Assembly (NCBI GenBank): GCA_907165135.1
Contig: OU015569.1
Coordinates: 930,001-994,000, forward strand
Direction: 5' to 3'
DNA length: 64,000 nucleotides
Origin: Oikopleura dioica
Lineage: Eukaryota > Animalia > Chordata
Part shown: positions 24,801-37,219 of the stretch, piece after piece
Numbering within the stretch: the first letter of the stretch is position 1
Layout of the letters: every line of letters starts with the position of its first letter
The notes under the pieces: model-generated
What the model saw: the letters and a program-made list of their open reading frames with translations, nothing else
What the model was told of the DNA's origin: nothing
Database searches by the model: none
Position numbers and translations under genes: made by a program

Positions 24801-26387
24801 CTCAACTCAAAATCAAAAGAATGCCAATCCCTTTTTACTCAATTTCCAGGGCCCTTCTCTTTTCTGGCGCCTCTCTCCTCCTCCGTCTGGATTTCCATTC
24901 TAGTCGCGCTTTTCCTCGTCACCGTGGCAGTTTTTGTCGTGACGAAAACTGCGGCTGACGAGGCCAAACTTGGATGTTGTGATTCGGTTTGGTTTACGAT
25001 AGGCGCTCTTTTGCAGGCAAGAAAAAAAGAACGTGTGCTAATCATCGACCTTTTTCTTTAGCAAGGGCCCGACATTACGTTTACAACACCAGCTTCGCGG
25101 ACGATTACGGCTATCTGGGTAAGGAGCTAGTTTGATTTCTAAACAGCAGAAAAGCGTCTGTCAATGATCAACGACTCACACGCAATCTAGTGGTTTTTCA
25201 CGCTAGTCTTTGGCATGTTCTACACGGCGAATTTGGCGGCCTTCTTAACCGTCAAGCGAATGGACGTACCTATTAAAGGGGCCCAAGACTTGGCTCAGCA
25301 GAGCGCCATTGCCTATGGAACTATGGGAAGGTGCTTAGATCGCGCTACTTGACTTCTCAAAGGAGCAACTTGATCAGCACCAGGGAAGACGATGGCTCAA
25401 CGTCGTCATTTTTCAGAAACTCGAAAATTCCTCTTTATCCAAAAGGGTTTCCCAAGTCTAAACATTTTAGCTCTGGAGAGGTGAGTGGGAAACCCGATGT
25501 TTATCAACAAATGTGGAAATATATGGCGAGCAACAATGATGTGTTGGTGAAAGAGTAAGAGCTCCTTCTAACCAACCAGCGCTCAATAACTCCCTTTTCA
25601 GCCAGGAGACGGGCATTCAGCGGGTTCTGGATGGCGATTACGCGTTTCTGATGGAAGCAAGGCGGGTGGTTAAAATCTCAATTGTGCCGTGTCCATACAA
25701 TTTTAACTCCCCGACGCAAGTTCCATCGAGTACTTGACTACCCTCAACTGCAACCTGACACAAGTCGGGGGCCTCCTTGACTCCAAGGGCTACGGGATCG
25801 CCACGCCAAAAGGTATTCGTTCATTCGCTTTAAATAAATGAAAGACGACGTTCCAAGGGTCGAAGTGGCGTCAGATACTTTCGATGCAAATACTCAAAAT
25901 GCACGAGAACGGGATAATGGAAGAATTGCGGCAGAAGTGGTGGAAGGGCAACCAAAAACCGTGCCCCGTCTTGCAAGAAAACAAGGTAAGAAGCGCTCGT
26001 TTCGCGATTATGCAGATGGAATTGATATGGTTCCAATTGAATTATTGCTCGAGAATAGAAACTCGCCTTCTCTCTCTCGAATGATCCTTTTCCGCGCTGT
26101 CACATTAGCGTCAGGCAGGGTCAAACCGAAGCCGACACAATGGCAATGACGAGGCCGGCTGGTGACCGCACCCGGATCGTAATAGAGATCACGACACGTT
26201 CATTTTAATAACCGCGCTCCAAAAAAAAGGCCTCACGTGTATTTTAAAGAGCTCGCTGGGCATGGAGTCTTTCGGCGGCATCTACATCATCCTCTGCATT
26301 GGCGTCGTCGCCGCGTTGCTCGTTGCGCTGTGTGAATACGTCCGCAAAAGTAACCGTTTACAAGCAGAGTCTTGCCGAAACTGCTAA
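21882..26387 (+). CDS. Ionotropic glutamate receptor subunit, AMPA/kainate-type, many exons
   Basis: Signal peptide [18 protein letters not shown]. Motifs [81 protein letters not shown], and M4 [23 protein letters not shown]. Confidence 0.93.
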
Positions 26388-27167
26388 AGCGCTGGCGCTT
26401 ACATCTGTACCCGACGTGTTGAGTGGCCTTTTCTGCATTTTACGACGTTGGTTGCAAGTACTCCCACTTTGCACATTTTTACTCACTTTTCAAAATCAAT
26501 AAATCAAAACTCAAATGATCGATCTTTTATCGCCTTCAAAATACTTAGACGGAGACGCAGATTAGGACGTGTTCTGGTCACTTAGCCTCCCATCCCGATC
26601 GAAAATGGCAAAACTAACCGACATCTGTTTTGCGACAAGTTTATAATTTTGATGCGGCTGGTGCGGTTTAAGACAGCAAAGCCATCCAAGTAGCCACACT
26701 TTCGCCTTCTTGGAAAATCGGAAGCAGAAAACATAGATTCTCACTTTTCTCGGACTTAACCAATTTAAGGAAGTGCATTTTTGGATGACCAATAAGATTG
26801 CTGTATTTGGCCTACCGGCCAATCAAAACCCTGATCCATAAAAACACTTTCATAAATTGGTTTAACCCCTTTTTTGTCACGAATAATTCAATAAGTTCGT
26901 TGAACTCGAAGATCGAAATTCTCTCCAAAATCCATTTTTTCGCGAAATTCGACGCTGTTTTTGCAGAATTATTGACTCACGTTTGAACGCGTGCAAAAGT
27001 AATTTTCAATCGTCCTCTGTTTCAAAGAGCAAAAAAAAGGGTTGATTGATTTTAAAATCGATGTTCACATAGAGACTCATACTCATGCGTGGCGAATCGT
27101 TACGCGCAGGAAAAATATTGAGAGAAGAAGAAGAAGCGAATTTACTTCACAGAATATTAATATTATT

Positions 27168-30100
27168 ATGCGTTTGCTCGTCGGATTACTTTTCTTTCAA
27201 AACGTAAGTCTATGGATTTTTCTACAAGATAATCCTCTTTGGAGAGCTCAAAAAGATTCATCTTTTGGTTAAAATTTTAAAAAAGGCCCGCTGCGACGAA
27301 GAAAAGCTCTTCCAGCGACTTATTGGTAACTACGACACCCGCTCGCGCCCCGTGACCATCAACTCGCTCACCAAGCGTCCCAATCCGATAATAATTTGAT
27401 AACGGGCTCACAGAACGTTAGATAAAGCGCGAGGCTGACAACCGCTCTTTCCAAATGTCATCAGACATGTGCCAATGTCCGCCATGTCCGCTCGTCGCCA
27501 GAATAAACTACACGTTTATTATCTAAAAAAGACGAAAAAGAGCCCGAAAGTAAGCTTCAACTCTATTTGATTCAAATCGCCGATTTGGAGGAACGCAAAG
27601 AAATTCTCCACACTAAAGCTAGACTGAAGATTTCTTGGTACGATCCAAGGCTCCGCTGGGATCCGTAAGTATTCTAGCTGAGCTTGAGTAGCTCATGACT
27701 GCTCAGGGCGCAGTTCGGTGGCATGACGAAGATCAAGCTCAACTCCACGCGAGTATGGAAACCCGACATTGTCTTGCATAACTCCGTGACAGGCAATTTC
27801 AAAACGACGGAGCAGGGCCACTACTACAAAGGTGAGGTCTAATTGCTCCGTGGAGCCGTTTTGATATTTTGCGGAGCCGTTTTGATTTTGAACGCGAAAG
27901 TCTGTCGTAACCCGCCGCCGCCCAATTGCAAGTAAGCTAAAAGGCTTACAAGCATGTTATTATTACAGCGGTAAAGGTCAGTAGCAGAACTAATCGCGTG
28001 TGGAAATGGGAAGTGCCCGTGTCGAACGTGCTCGATCCCAGAAACCCAAGACGGATCTACGCTCAAAGAAATTTACGCAATTCAATTCTAGTGACCATAT
28101 TCGATAACGGAACGGTGGAATGGCAGCCTGCAGCGCTTTATCAGACTTCATGCGGCATTGATACGAAATTCTTCCCCTTCGATTCGCAGAACTGTACGCT
28201 AAAGGAATGGGGCTCTAGAAACGGCCAGTTAAGCGGCCGCCGATTGTTTGCCGAAGCTCAACGCAGTCCTCAAATTAAGTTCGGTTCGTGGAGCTTTACG
28301 GCGGAGGAGCAGTTGCTACTTCCGACTGGAAATAATGAGACCTTAAGGGAGGTGATTGAAGGATTAAGCCATGCCAATTACTCGTAGCAGCGCATAATTC
28401 TAATCCCTTTTATGTGAAATTATAATGCGGCAACAGTTCGTCAAGTCCGGCGAGTGGAAGCTCATAGACTCCCGCATCGAGAAGTCTTTAGAGGGATTCT
28501 ACAAGGCCCGGCTCGGAAGGAAGCGAACTACCGATGATACCAGTAGCAGACTCAAATCCGGGGTTACGCCGCCACTAAGAGAATCCTGTCTTGTGATTGG
28601 CTGACAGGATAACTTGTTCGCCATCTGTGGCGAACAGCTTGAAATCCCGGGCAAAGGGCTGCTATCATCGGTAGCTGCGAAAAGAGCCTAGTGAGCCGCG
28701 AAAAAGTATCGAAGCCAGGCGCTGATGAAATATTCAGTGATAACATTTCGATTTCTCCTGCGTCGAGAGCCAACGTTTTATTTGGTAAACGTAATCGGTT
28801 GGTAAAGCCTAATTCGCTCCTCATAATCACAGGGCCGTTAAGTTCCCTGCTTCCAAATAATTTTCCTCGCGATCGCCGCCTTCTGCTGCCCAGTGGACTC
28901 GAGCGAGAAGGTAAGAAGGTCCCTGACGCGTTTAGAAAATAGAGCTTACGGTATTGGTGTTTTTCTGTTTTGGTGTTTTGTTAAGTTAACGTTCAGCTTC
29001 TTTCTAAAACATTCAGGTCACCCTGTGCATAACCTTGTTAGTGAGCCTGACGCTGTTTCAAATGCTGATGTTCGAAATTATGCCGACGAATAGGACCCGG
29101 AGCGGCAGTTTTGGCACTGAGTGCTTAATTGGAATTATGCACCCGAGAAACCAAGATTATGCAAAAAGCCTTCAAGGATCCAGCCTGATCGCTTGATTAA
29201 CAATGCCTCAAGACGGCCACCGATTTCATAATGCCTTAAGATGACAGCGCTGCGGCACGTGACCCCCTTTAACTCCCAAACTTCGGAAATCAATTAAGCT
29301 CTAATGAGGACTCGGGGATCCTCTAAAATCGAGAAAACAACTGTTCAAATTCCGGGTCTGTGAACTTTCCCGCATTTTTGAGTCGCCATCCGCACTGAAA
29401 AGCAATGCCTCACTTTTAGGAGTCTTTCTGCTCTGTGTGACTGTGCTAATTACCACGTCGGTATGCTGTTCAGGTACGTGTAAGACCAAACATGAAATTC
29501 TCCCCTGAACTGGCGTAGTTCTAATAAGCTGCGCACCTCAAACACGGAATCCATTCCAAGCCCCTGTGACTCCATAACGTGCACAAGGGCTTGCGGAAAA
29601 AGTGACGTTCGAAAAATTCCAACACAACAGTAATGCTAGTAATCTGGAATACGGACAGAATATTCCGTAAAGCGCCGCCGCAATTAACTTTTGCGAAATT
29701 GCATTTGGTGGCGTCTACGCGCTCGGCTAAAAATAAGCAACTGTTGATGCAAAAATAGCTGTCAATTTTTAATTAGCTTTTTTCAGTGTTTATTGTGCGA
29801 TGCCAGGAAACGCGCGTGCGCGTCTTTGGCCGCCTGCCGAAATGGCTCCGAAAGCTGGGCGGCTTCCCCGACGAGTGCTTCCTCGACAATGATCTCAATT
29901 CCGAGGGCTCCCCGTCACAGGCACTTTCTAGATGACACCCTCCTCTTCCTCCTCGCTAACCATAATTCTAGCCCTACTTTGAGCTTTCGCAGACGCACAC
30001 GTTCGCCAACGGCTTGGGGAAGAAGGTCCTCCACCACATAAGGTTAGAGTTACTCCTCTCCACCACCGTTCTAACTAATCATCAGTTACATCAGCCGTGG

Positions 30101-30429
30101 AGTGGAGCGATTCGCGCGCGAGGAAACCCTCAAGGTAACTACTGCTAATTCTAGTTTGTTTTTGGCGGAACGGCGGATCGCGAAATTCACGCTTTTCTAA
30201 GCTTTATATAAGTTTTCTCGATTTCGTGTAAACAAGAGCGCGGGACAGCTTTTTCTGCGGAAGTGGCATAATCCAACGTTAACAAAAAATTAACGCGAAA
30301 AGGCTCCTTGAGGCTCATGTAATTATTTAGAATGAATGGCACTGGGCGGCGGCAATGCTGGAGCGCGCATTATTCGTCGTTTTCGTGATTTTGGGAGCTG
30401 CGACCGCGTTGTTGTTTGTTGGCAAATGA
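27168..30429 (+). CDS. Cys-loop ligand-gated ion channel, nicotinic acetylcholine receptor-like subunit
   Basis: [37 protein letters not shown], Cys-loop [37 protein letters not shown]2 [18 protein letters not shown], and M4 [16 protein letters not shown]. Confidence 0.92.
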
Positions 30430-31534
30430 GAATAAACAATCGTGAAATTCATTACGCTTCTTTGAAAAAAGAGCCTGACACTCCAAGTGATGAGCCCAAG
30501 ATTCCTTCGGCTGGGCTCATCTGCGGAGGACACCCTCGAACGGGAAAACAGAGTCCAACTCGTTTAGAGCTGCCCGGCTCTTGCCGATAAGGAGCGTTAA
30601 GTAAATCTAGCCCAGTTTAGAAGGAACCGGGGGAGAACTAGCTACTGTAAAACCGCCCGGGTCGATAATGCTGGGAGTTAATTGTCATCACCGAACATAT
30701 AATTGACGCCACATGCAAAATATAATGAAATCAGCTAAGCGCAAAAAACAGGATCTGACGCGAGCCTGCCCAATTCAAAAAAAGAGCAACGCAGAGAGAG
30801 AGAGAGAAAGACCGAATTATAATTTTCTACGCATTGATTGTTATAATGCGCTTAGAGAGAAAAATACGCCCATTCTTGTTTTTTGTACTTCTCTTAGGAA
30901 AAGCGGAAAACAACGAAGAGACCCAATTTTATTTTAAAAAAATCCTAAAAAATAGGCGTGAATTGAATTCAATAAATTTCGCAAATTACAGTAATGCGCG
31001 GAGAAGCAAAGCAAATGCGTCTGCGCCGCGATCTAAGCTGGCCAAGCCTCTCAGGAACAAAGGTGAGTCGCCAAAACGTGTGCGTCGCTCACTCATCCCC
31101 TCGGACATGTTCATTGACATGGGCTTTAGAATTTCTGCCCGGGTCAGCCAATGATCAGCGCCCGCGATCGCGTAAGAATTTAGAAAATTGCGCGTTGCTC
31201 TTTTTACTTTCGTTCACCTTGCAAAACAGTAAATTATGGATTAATATCGCTGCTGTTTAGATGATAGTACCGCGGTACTCGACAATCCATCGTAGATCTC
31301 CTTTCGACAACGCGGACTTTTGCCACGAGAGCCGTCAGGAGCGGCCTTATCGCCTTTTTCGTAATTATGTCAGAATTTCTTGCGCGAAAACACCGATAAG
31401 AGTAAAAAAATTCTTCAATACATCGTCAACTTCGTCTGCGAGAAAATCTAAGAAGGTCGAGTTCTCACGGTTGAAAAGAAGCCCCCTACGAATATTATTC
31501 CTGTCAACACTTGCTGTTTCTACTTGCTGTTTTA

Positions 31535-31738
31535 TCACCTAAGACTTACCACAAATCCAACGCCGGTGAGGATTGATCCCAGGCCGAGATTGCAGCAGAG
31601 GCAGCATGTGCTTACGCAGGGCTTGTGTAGATCGTCGGCGTCGAAGTCGTCGTGCTGAGCATGGCCGTATGGCAGCGGCTGCTCGTTCTGCACGAAGTCG
31701 ACGGAAATGGGAGAGGTTGATCGGCGATGATCTTCCAT
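31535..31738 (-). CDS. Exon of a LAPTM4/Mtp-like membrane protein
   Basis: STCCLCCNLGLGSILTGV resembles the LAPTM N-terminal CCxCCxVRTGTIILG motif. The other exons were not resolved. Confidence 0.45.
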   Translation of the reverse strand: MEDHRRSTSPISVDFVQNEQPLPYGHAQHDDFDADDLHKPCVSTCCLCCNLGLGSILTGVGFVVSLR

Positions 31739-32169
31739 CTCTCGATCTGTCTTACCTGAAAGAAGAGGCTTAGAAAGAGAAAAGGCTAAATTATTAGCTC
31801 AGTGAGAGGAACTAGCTGCCTGAGATAAGGAAGCGCCAGGAGCGGGCAGCGATTCTAAACCCAAACTGAAGATGGGGCACACGATAAACTTAACTCGCCA
31901 TGCTAAAAAAATTTTCCTAAATTTACCAAAAACGAAAACCAGGCGGTCTCGAAATGATGCAATATTTACTTATCGGGTTAGCAACTTTCCTAGCACCTAG
32001 TTTTTCTTATTTGTATTTGCAAATAGTATTGTTAATTGGATTTCATCAAATATTAATTATAAATTATAAATGAAAATTAGCGTTTATCCATAATTAAGGC
32101 GCCCCGGTTAGTAGTTACTAAGGAAAAATAGACGAGATGAGCACTTGTGCTCGTAGGTCTATTCAGTTT

Positions 32170-34535
32170 TGTTGTGGGTTAAAACGATCGGATGGGGGAT
32201 GGCAACGTTGCCGTCCTTCCGCTGCCAGCAGGGTTCACTCCTGTGCTTGCCTCAGCTTCCGACCGCTTCGGAGAAAGCGAAAAAGCGCTGATCGCCGCCT
32301 CTGATGAGCTTAGCGCTCATCTACCGAAAGGTTACAGCGCACTTTAGGATTTGCTGCTAACTCGGAACCGGAGACGCATCCGGCTTCGCACTAAGACGGG
32401 GACAAGTCGATCTCTTACCTTGATTCACTATCGAATAACTATCGTTTCAAAGCCAAAACCAATCAAATAGTCCTTTAGGCTTTTCGAAAAGTTAAAGTTA
32501 AAACTAGTGCTAGTAATAAAAATATAAAAAAAGGAGATGGTTAGTAGAAAGTTGAGTGTTGAACAGATGAGTCGTTTGATCAGCAATATCGACGATACTA
32601 GTGAAAAAAATTAGCGAAATTTTTTGCTAAGAAAAAATTACCTTCAATTTTTTGACTTCTATAGGCTTTTTCAGACATTTAGTAAATTAGTATTATTGAC
32701 AAGATTATGTTCTGATCCGACAGGTTAATTGAATTTCAATTTGCAAAAACGTCGCTGGGCTACTTTTTTATGAGTACTTTTGGTAAAAACACAGAAAAAT
32801 CACTGACAAACCGAATTTATGAAAAAATTTCTTGACGAATATTTTTTAGAAGTTCCGGATTTTTCGCTCGTTATTTATAATAGATGGCGCAAATTTTAAT
32901 TAAATAATTTGTTTTAATTTTTTTTTTTAATTTTATTTTCAATTTTTTTTTGATTAAATTTTTTTTCCTTGTTTAATTTTTTTCCCTAACTTTTATTTTT
33001 TTATAATTTCTTTTAATTTTTGTGACATTTTTTCTTCTTTTTAAATTTCTCTAAAACCTTTCCTTCGGATATTTAAAATCCAAAAGCAGCAAACTTCTAT
33101 GTTTTTTTCTTCAGCAATATACAAAAGGGTTCTCTATTCCGATTCGTTTTCCAGTTGTTTCACCAAAAATCTCTGTTTCCCGAAAATTGTTATCTTCCGG
33201 GCGCGAAGCAAAAAGTCTCTCGCGTTTTGGCGTAAAGTACAAAAGAATCTACAAAACGGTTTTGCGGCGGAGCTTCCTCCTTGCGCTAGAGCGGGAGCGT
33301 GGATCGATGCAGAAGGCGGTGGTGCTGTGGAGTAGCACCAAGGTACCCAGCGCCATCTATAAAGTCAGCACTCGTAGCGCGGCGCGGACGGCCGATCGTA
33401 GTCGCTTTTCAATGGTACGTTCCAAATGGCTCGCGGCGAAAACGAGGTTGAACCAGCAAAGGTCGCAAAGGCCACCTCAATTTCAAATACTCAACTCATA
33501 TTCACTCGATTATTGCGCAAAGCCGCCAATGTCGTTTATTCAAGTGAATTCCGCACTCTTCCTTGATTCCACCTTGTCAAGTCAAGTGCCGTTTCATTTC
33601 ATGAATTAGTAGCGCTAGAACTTTTTTTAGAAACTTTTTTTTCTCTTCGCGTCAGAATAAACTCTTCATTTCACTCTTCATTTTTGAATTTCTTTTATCT
33701 TCATTTTTTTCTGTTCATTTCTCAAAAACCATAATCACCGCGCCAGACTGTAGAATTGGTCGCTTGGGAACTGATGGCCAGTGATAAAATAAGACAAAAC
33801 TCGCTAATACAATATCGCCGAAGTAAAGCGTTAGTTGATAATAAAATGAATACAGTAGATACTAGATAAAATTATTATCAAAAAATCTTTCAGATGACAG
33901 TAACTAGCGAGAGAAATAGGGAGAGACCGCGTCTTACTCGCACGAGCTCCTGTAACTTCCCTGAAAGAGTCTCAAGAAAAACGCCCAGCTTGCGTCAGAT
34001 CCGAGAGGTTGGAAGTAACAACTTTGATAATTTAGGCGGGGTGCGTTTGACACCTCTTCCAGATAGCGGCGCTTTTCCGCCACTTCCTCCCGTGCCTCTA
34101 CTTCGCCACTACTTCTATCCGCTCTGAGCAATTACGGATCTGCATGGCAAAAGCAAGAAACAAACAAATGCCGAGTTTGGTGCAACAACAGTCCGCTCAT
34201 TGATTACACGTTCTAAATACGTGCTTTGCGGAAAGTTGTGAGACCGAAACTGCACTTCAGCGAAAGCAGCATTTTTCGTGAATTTTGGAACACTTGTCTG
34301 ACTTTGGGAATTTCTGAAATGGGCTGAGAGCGGCGCGGCGAGTGTTATTTGCGAGATTTGGAATGCGAGAAAATGACGCTCCCCTCGTCCGACTCGCTTT
34401 TTAATTGACTTGATAAGCATTTTAAAGGGCATCGAACCTGTCTCTAACGAATGCCAAGGGATCATTCAAGTGCTAGAGGCTAAATCCGATGATATCACTA
34501 CTCTCCTTCCGAGGCCAAACGTGGATGATAATTAA
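32170..34535 (+). CDS. Probable multi-exon gene(s), product unknown
   Basis: GC-richer coding-like segments with AG/GT boundaries at ~32180-32330, 33240-33410, 33894-34010 and 34425-34535. No recognisable domain. Confidence 0.25.
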
Positions 34536-35188
34536 CAGACTTGCTCAAGCACCAACCCAGCCCAGCCTCTTGTAATGAATTTAAAAAAGGCAAAAGTTAC
34601 GAATTTATTTACAAAACTTAAGAAAACACCAGTTTCTAGGTCTTCTGGAAATCAGGCCTCTTGAGCGTCCAGCGGCCGAAGGTAGCGCCGCCAGGTCGGC
34701 AACCAGCGAGAATCTTTGAAATGCTTTGGCCGAGTTTCGACAAAATTGAATTACGCGTTTTGGGCGGAAATTTTTGGCAATTGGCAAATTGGAAATGAAT
34801 TTGATGAAAGGATAGAATGCCAGTAGCGATTCGCCGCCACGCATTTCGGCGAGCAGGAATGAATCCGGCCGCCCGCAAGTGAGCCTAAGCCACCCATCAT
34901 GGCGAATGAAAACGTCGTCCCTAGCTCAACCCGAAACGCGTCTCGCCCGAACAAGCTCATTTTTTTATTTGCGAAACTGTCCTTTGGATTTGCTCGAAAT
35001 TTTTAAACTCCTCGCGTTGCACCTTCGCTGTCTTCTTATGCTTTGTTACCGGTTGTAGAGAGACCCCTTTTTGGTGGAATATTCAAAGCCAGCGCTTGTT
35101 TGTTTTAGTTTGTAATTTTGCTTATTCCTATTTTGCTTAGCGCTGCTCGAAAGCTCCGCAGACGTGGCTCACCAAAAGAAGCTATTAA

Positions 35189-35571
35189 GGAGGTAGATAT
35201 CAAGAACCTCCATTTTCTATCAAACTTTTCTCCCTAAGTTAAAATAGTGACACCCTTATTTTTCCTTGGAAACGAAAACTTTAGACCTTTCTCTTTTTCC
35301 TATAGAAGCCGAAATTTCGAATTTCGAAACAAATTTTAACAAAATTTCACGTCAAAGATCGCTAACTTTCCTAAAATGGTCATTTTGGCGACAATCGGAG
35401 GTGCCAGATTTGCATTGTAGCACCTCGAAAGCTCAAGAAATCTTAATTTTTGGCTTCCAAAGGAAATAGATAATTGCCTGAAATATATTTTGAGCAGAAA
35501 AAATAAGGGGGTCACTATGTTAAAAATTAGAGAAAAACTGACAGGAAATCCGATTCTTGATATCTACCCCC
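35189..35571. mobile_element. MITE family D copy, TTAA TSD
   Basis: TTAA|GGAGGTAGATATCAAG ... CTTGATATCTACCCCC|TTAA. Confidence 0.85.
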
Positions 35572-35603
35572 TTAAAGCTAGCTGTATATGATATACAGTA
35601 AAT

Positions 35604-37000
35604 CTATCGGTCTGTATATCTACATGTAGCCAAATGCAATTTCAAGAGGTAGAGATTACTTTCGAAAACGTGTGTCGCCGTCTTTTCGTTTCTAGCGTTA
35701 TCAACCGGATCCTTGAAAATGATCATCGTCAGTCCAACCACGACGCCGAAAATAACTCCCGATGCCACAGTGCCGAAAATGTAAAGCTTTGGATTGCCAA
35801 GAATGTAGCTCACTCCATCTTCTTCGAGGAAGAGCGACGTTACTGTATAATCGCCTGCTCAGGGTTCTTTTCTACTATCGCTCTAAACGAAAAAGAAGGG
35901 GAGTGTTCTTTCTAACAGTCAGAGTTAATCTTTTGTGGGGAGAATGAAGAACCGCCAGTTCCGGAAAACGGATTCACTTCTAACCCGCAGCTAAGCGCTA
36001 AATTCTAGCGTGGCACCTAAGACTACTACTTATCAATTCGTCCTAGAAATACGTTTGTTCTCGTGAAGAGTCGTTTTCTGGGAACTTTTGGGGCGACTTT
36101 TTTGTAATAAAATTTCTCAAGGGTAGTCAAATGCGGTTAGTACGGCAGTGTGTGCTCGTGGACGATCGTGGATGCGAAATCGCTAGTCAGCCGCGAAATC
36201 GTTCGAATATTTTTATTATCGAAAAAATGCTTCGAATTACTTGAACCCTGCCTTCGCCAGCGTTCTCTTGCATATAAGCAATGAGAGGTCCACGGGATAT
36301 GAATTGCTAGAAAACAAGAATTAGTGCCCGCCGGAGTCCAAAATTAGCAAGAAATCCGCGCTAGTCTTCTTCTCTCATCGAGAGCGCCGAGGAAATGACT
36401 GTCACAGGAACAAGCGGAATGACAAGCTAACTGACAGCAAAAATTGATCAGTATAATTGATTTTTATCAATCACTCGCTTCTTGCATACTAAAATAGCTT
36501 TCTAGCGATGGGTTTTTAGACTATTCTTTTTCAAATCGAGAAAATGTGGAACTTCGCTTATCAATACAGTAGATCATATCTTTCCAAAGATTTTTGGGAG
36601 ATATTTTTAACCAAGACCAGCTGGTTGGGGAATCTCCCGCGGTGAATTCCTCTACTAGTGCGCCCTCTTTTGACCACTGAATGGGATAAAAGGGGCAGAA
36701 TTTTAAAGAAGGATAAATTTTGTCAAATGAAAACATAACACTTTTTAACCATTTTGATCAAAGGTATGCCAAATTTGAAGTCGAGTTCCCACTACTTCCA
36801 GAGACCGTATTATCCTATGGAAGAACAATTGATGCTTTTATAAAATGAATCTACACCTAATAATGCAAGTTCTGTCAGAGGGAAACGAACACTGAAATAA
36901 ATATATTGAATAAATGAAAAATACAATATTACCCTTGTATCTTTATGGAGCTCTTTATGGAGAGAAAAGCCGCTAAATTCAGCAGAATTGTCTTTTTCAT
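35604..37000 (-). CDS. Probable type I membrane protein, possibly Ig-like
   Basis: Signal-like MKKTILLNLAAFLS near 37000. Ig-like exon IQWSKEG...MIYCID (36521-36690). TM segment LYIFGTVASGVIFGVVVGLTMIIF (35604-35813). Confidence 0.3.
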
Positions 37001-37219
37001 TTTTATGCGTGACATATTTCCGCTTTCCCTTTCTCGAGGAGGTAGAAGAGCGCGACCCAGATAGACCGTATTCTTACGTTTATGGGTAGTCTTTGATTTC
37101 AGTGATAATAATACTATTTGACGATTGGTGTTTGCTCTAGAAACCAGCGTGGCTGAAACACGTTTTCCACAGAGCTCAGAGCTAGGGGCCAAATTGTGTC
37201 TAATTATCCCAATTCGCCA

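Noticed and set aside
32880-33070. Very T-rich tract
   Set aside because: Simple low-complexity intronic/intergenic sequence with no further structure.
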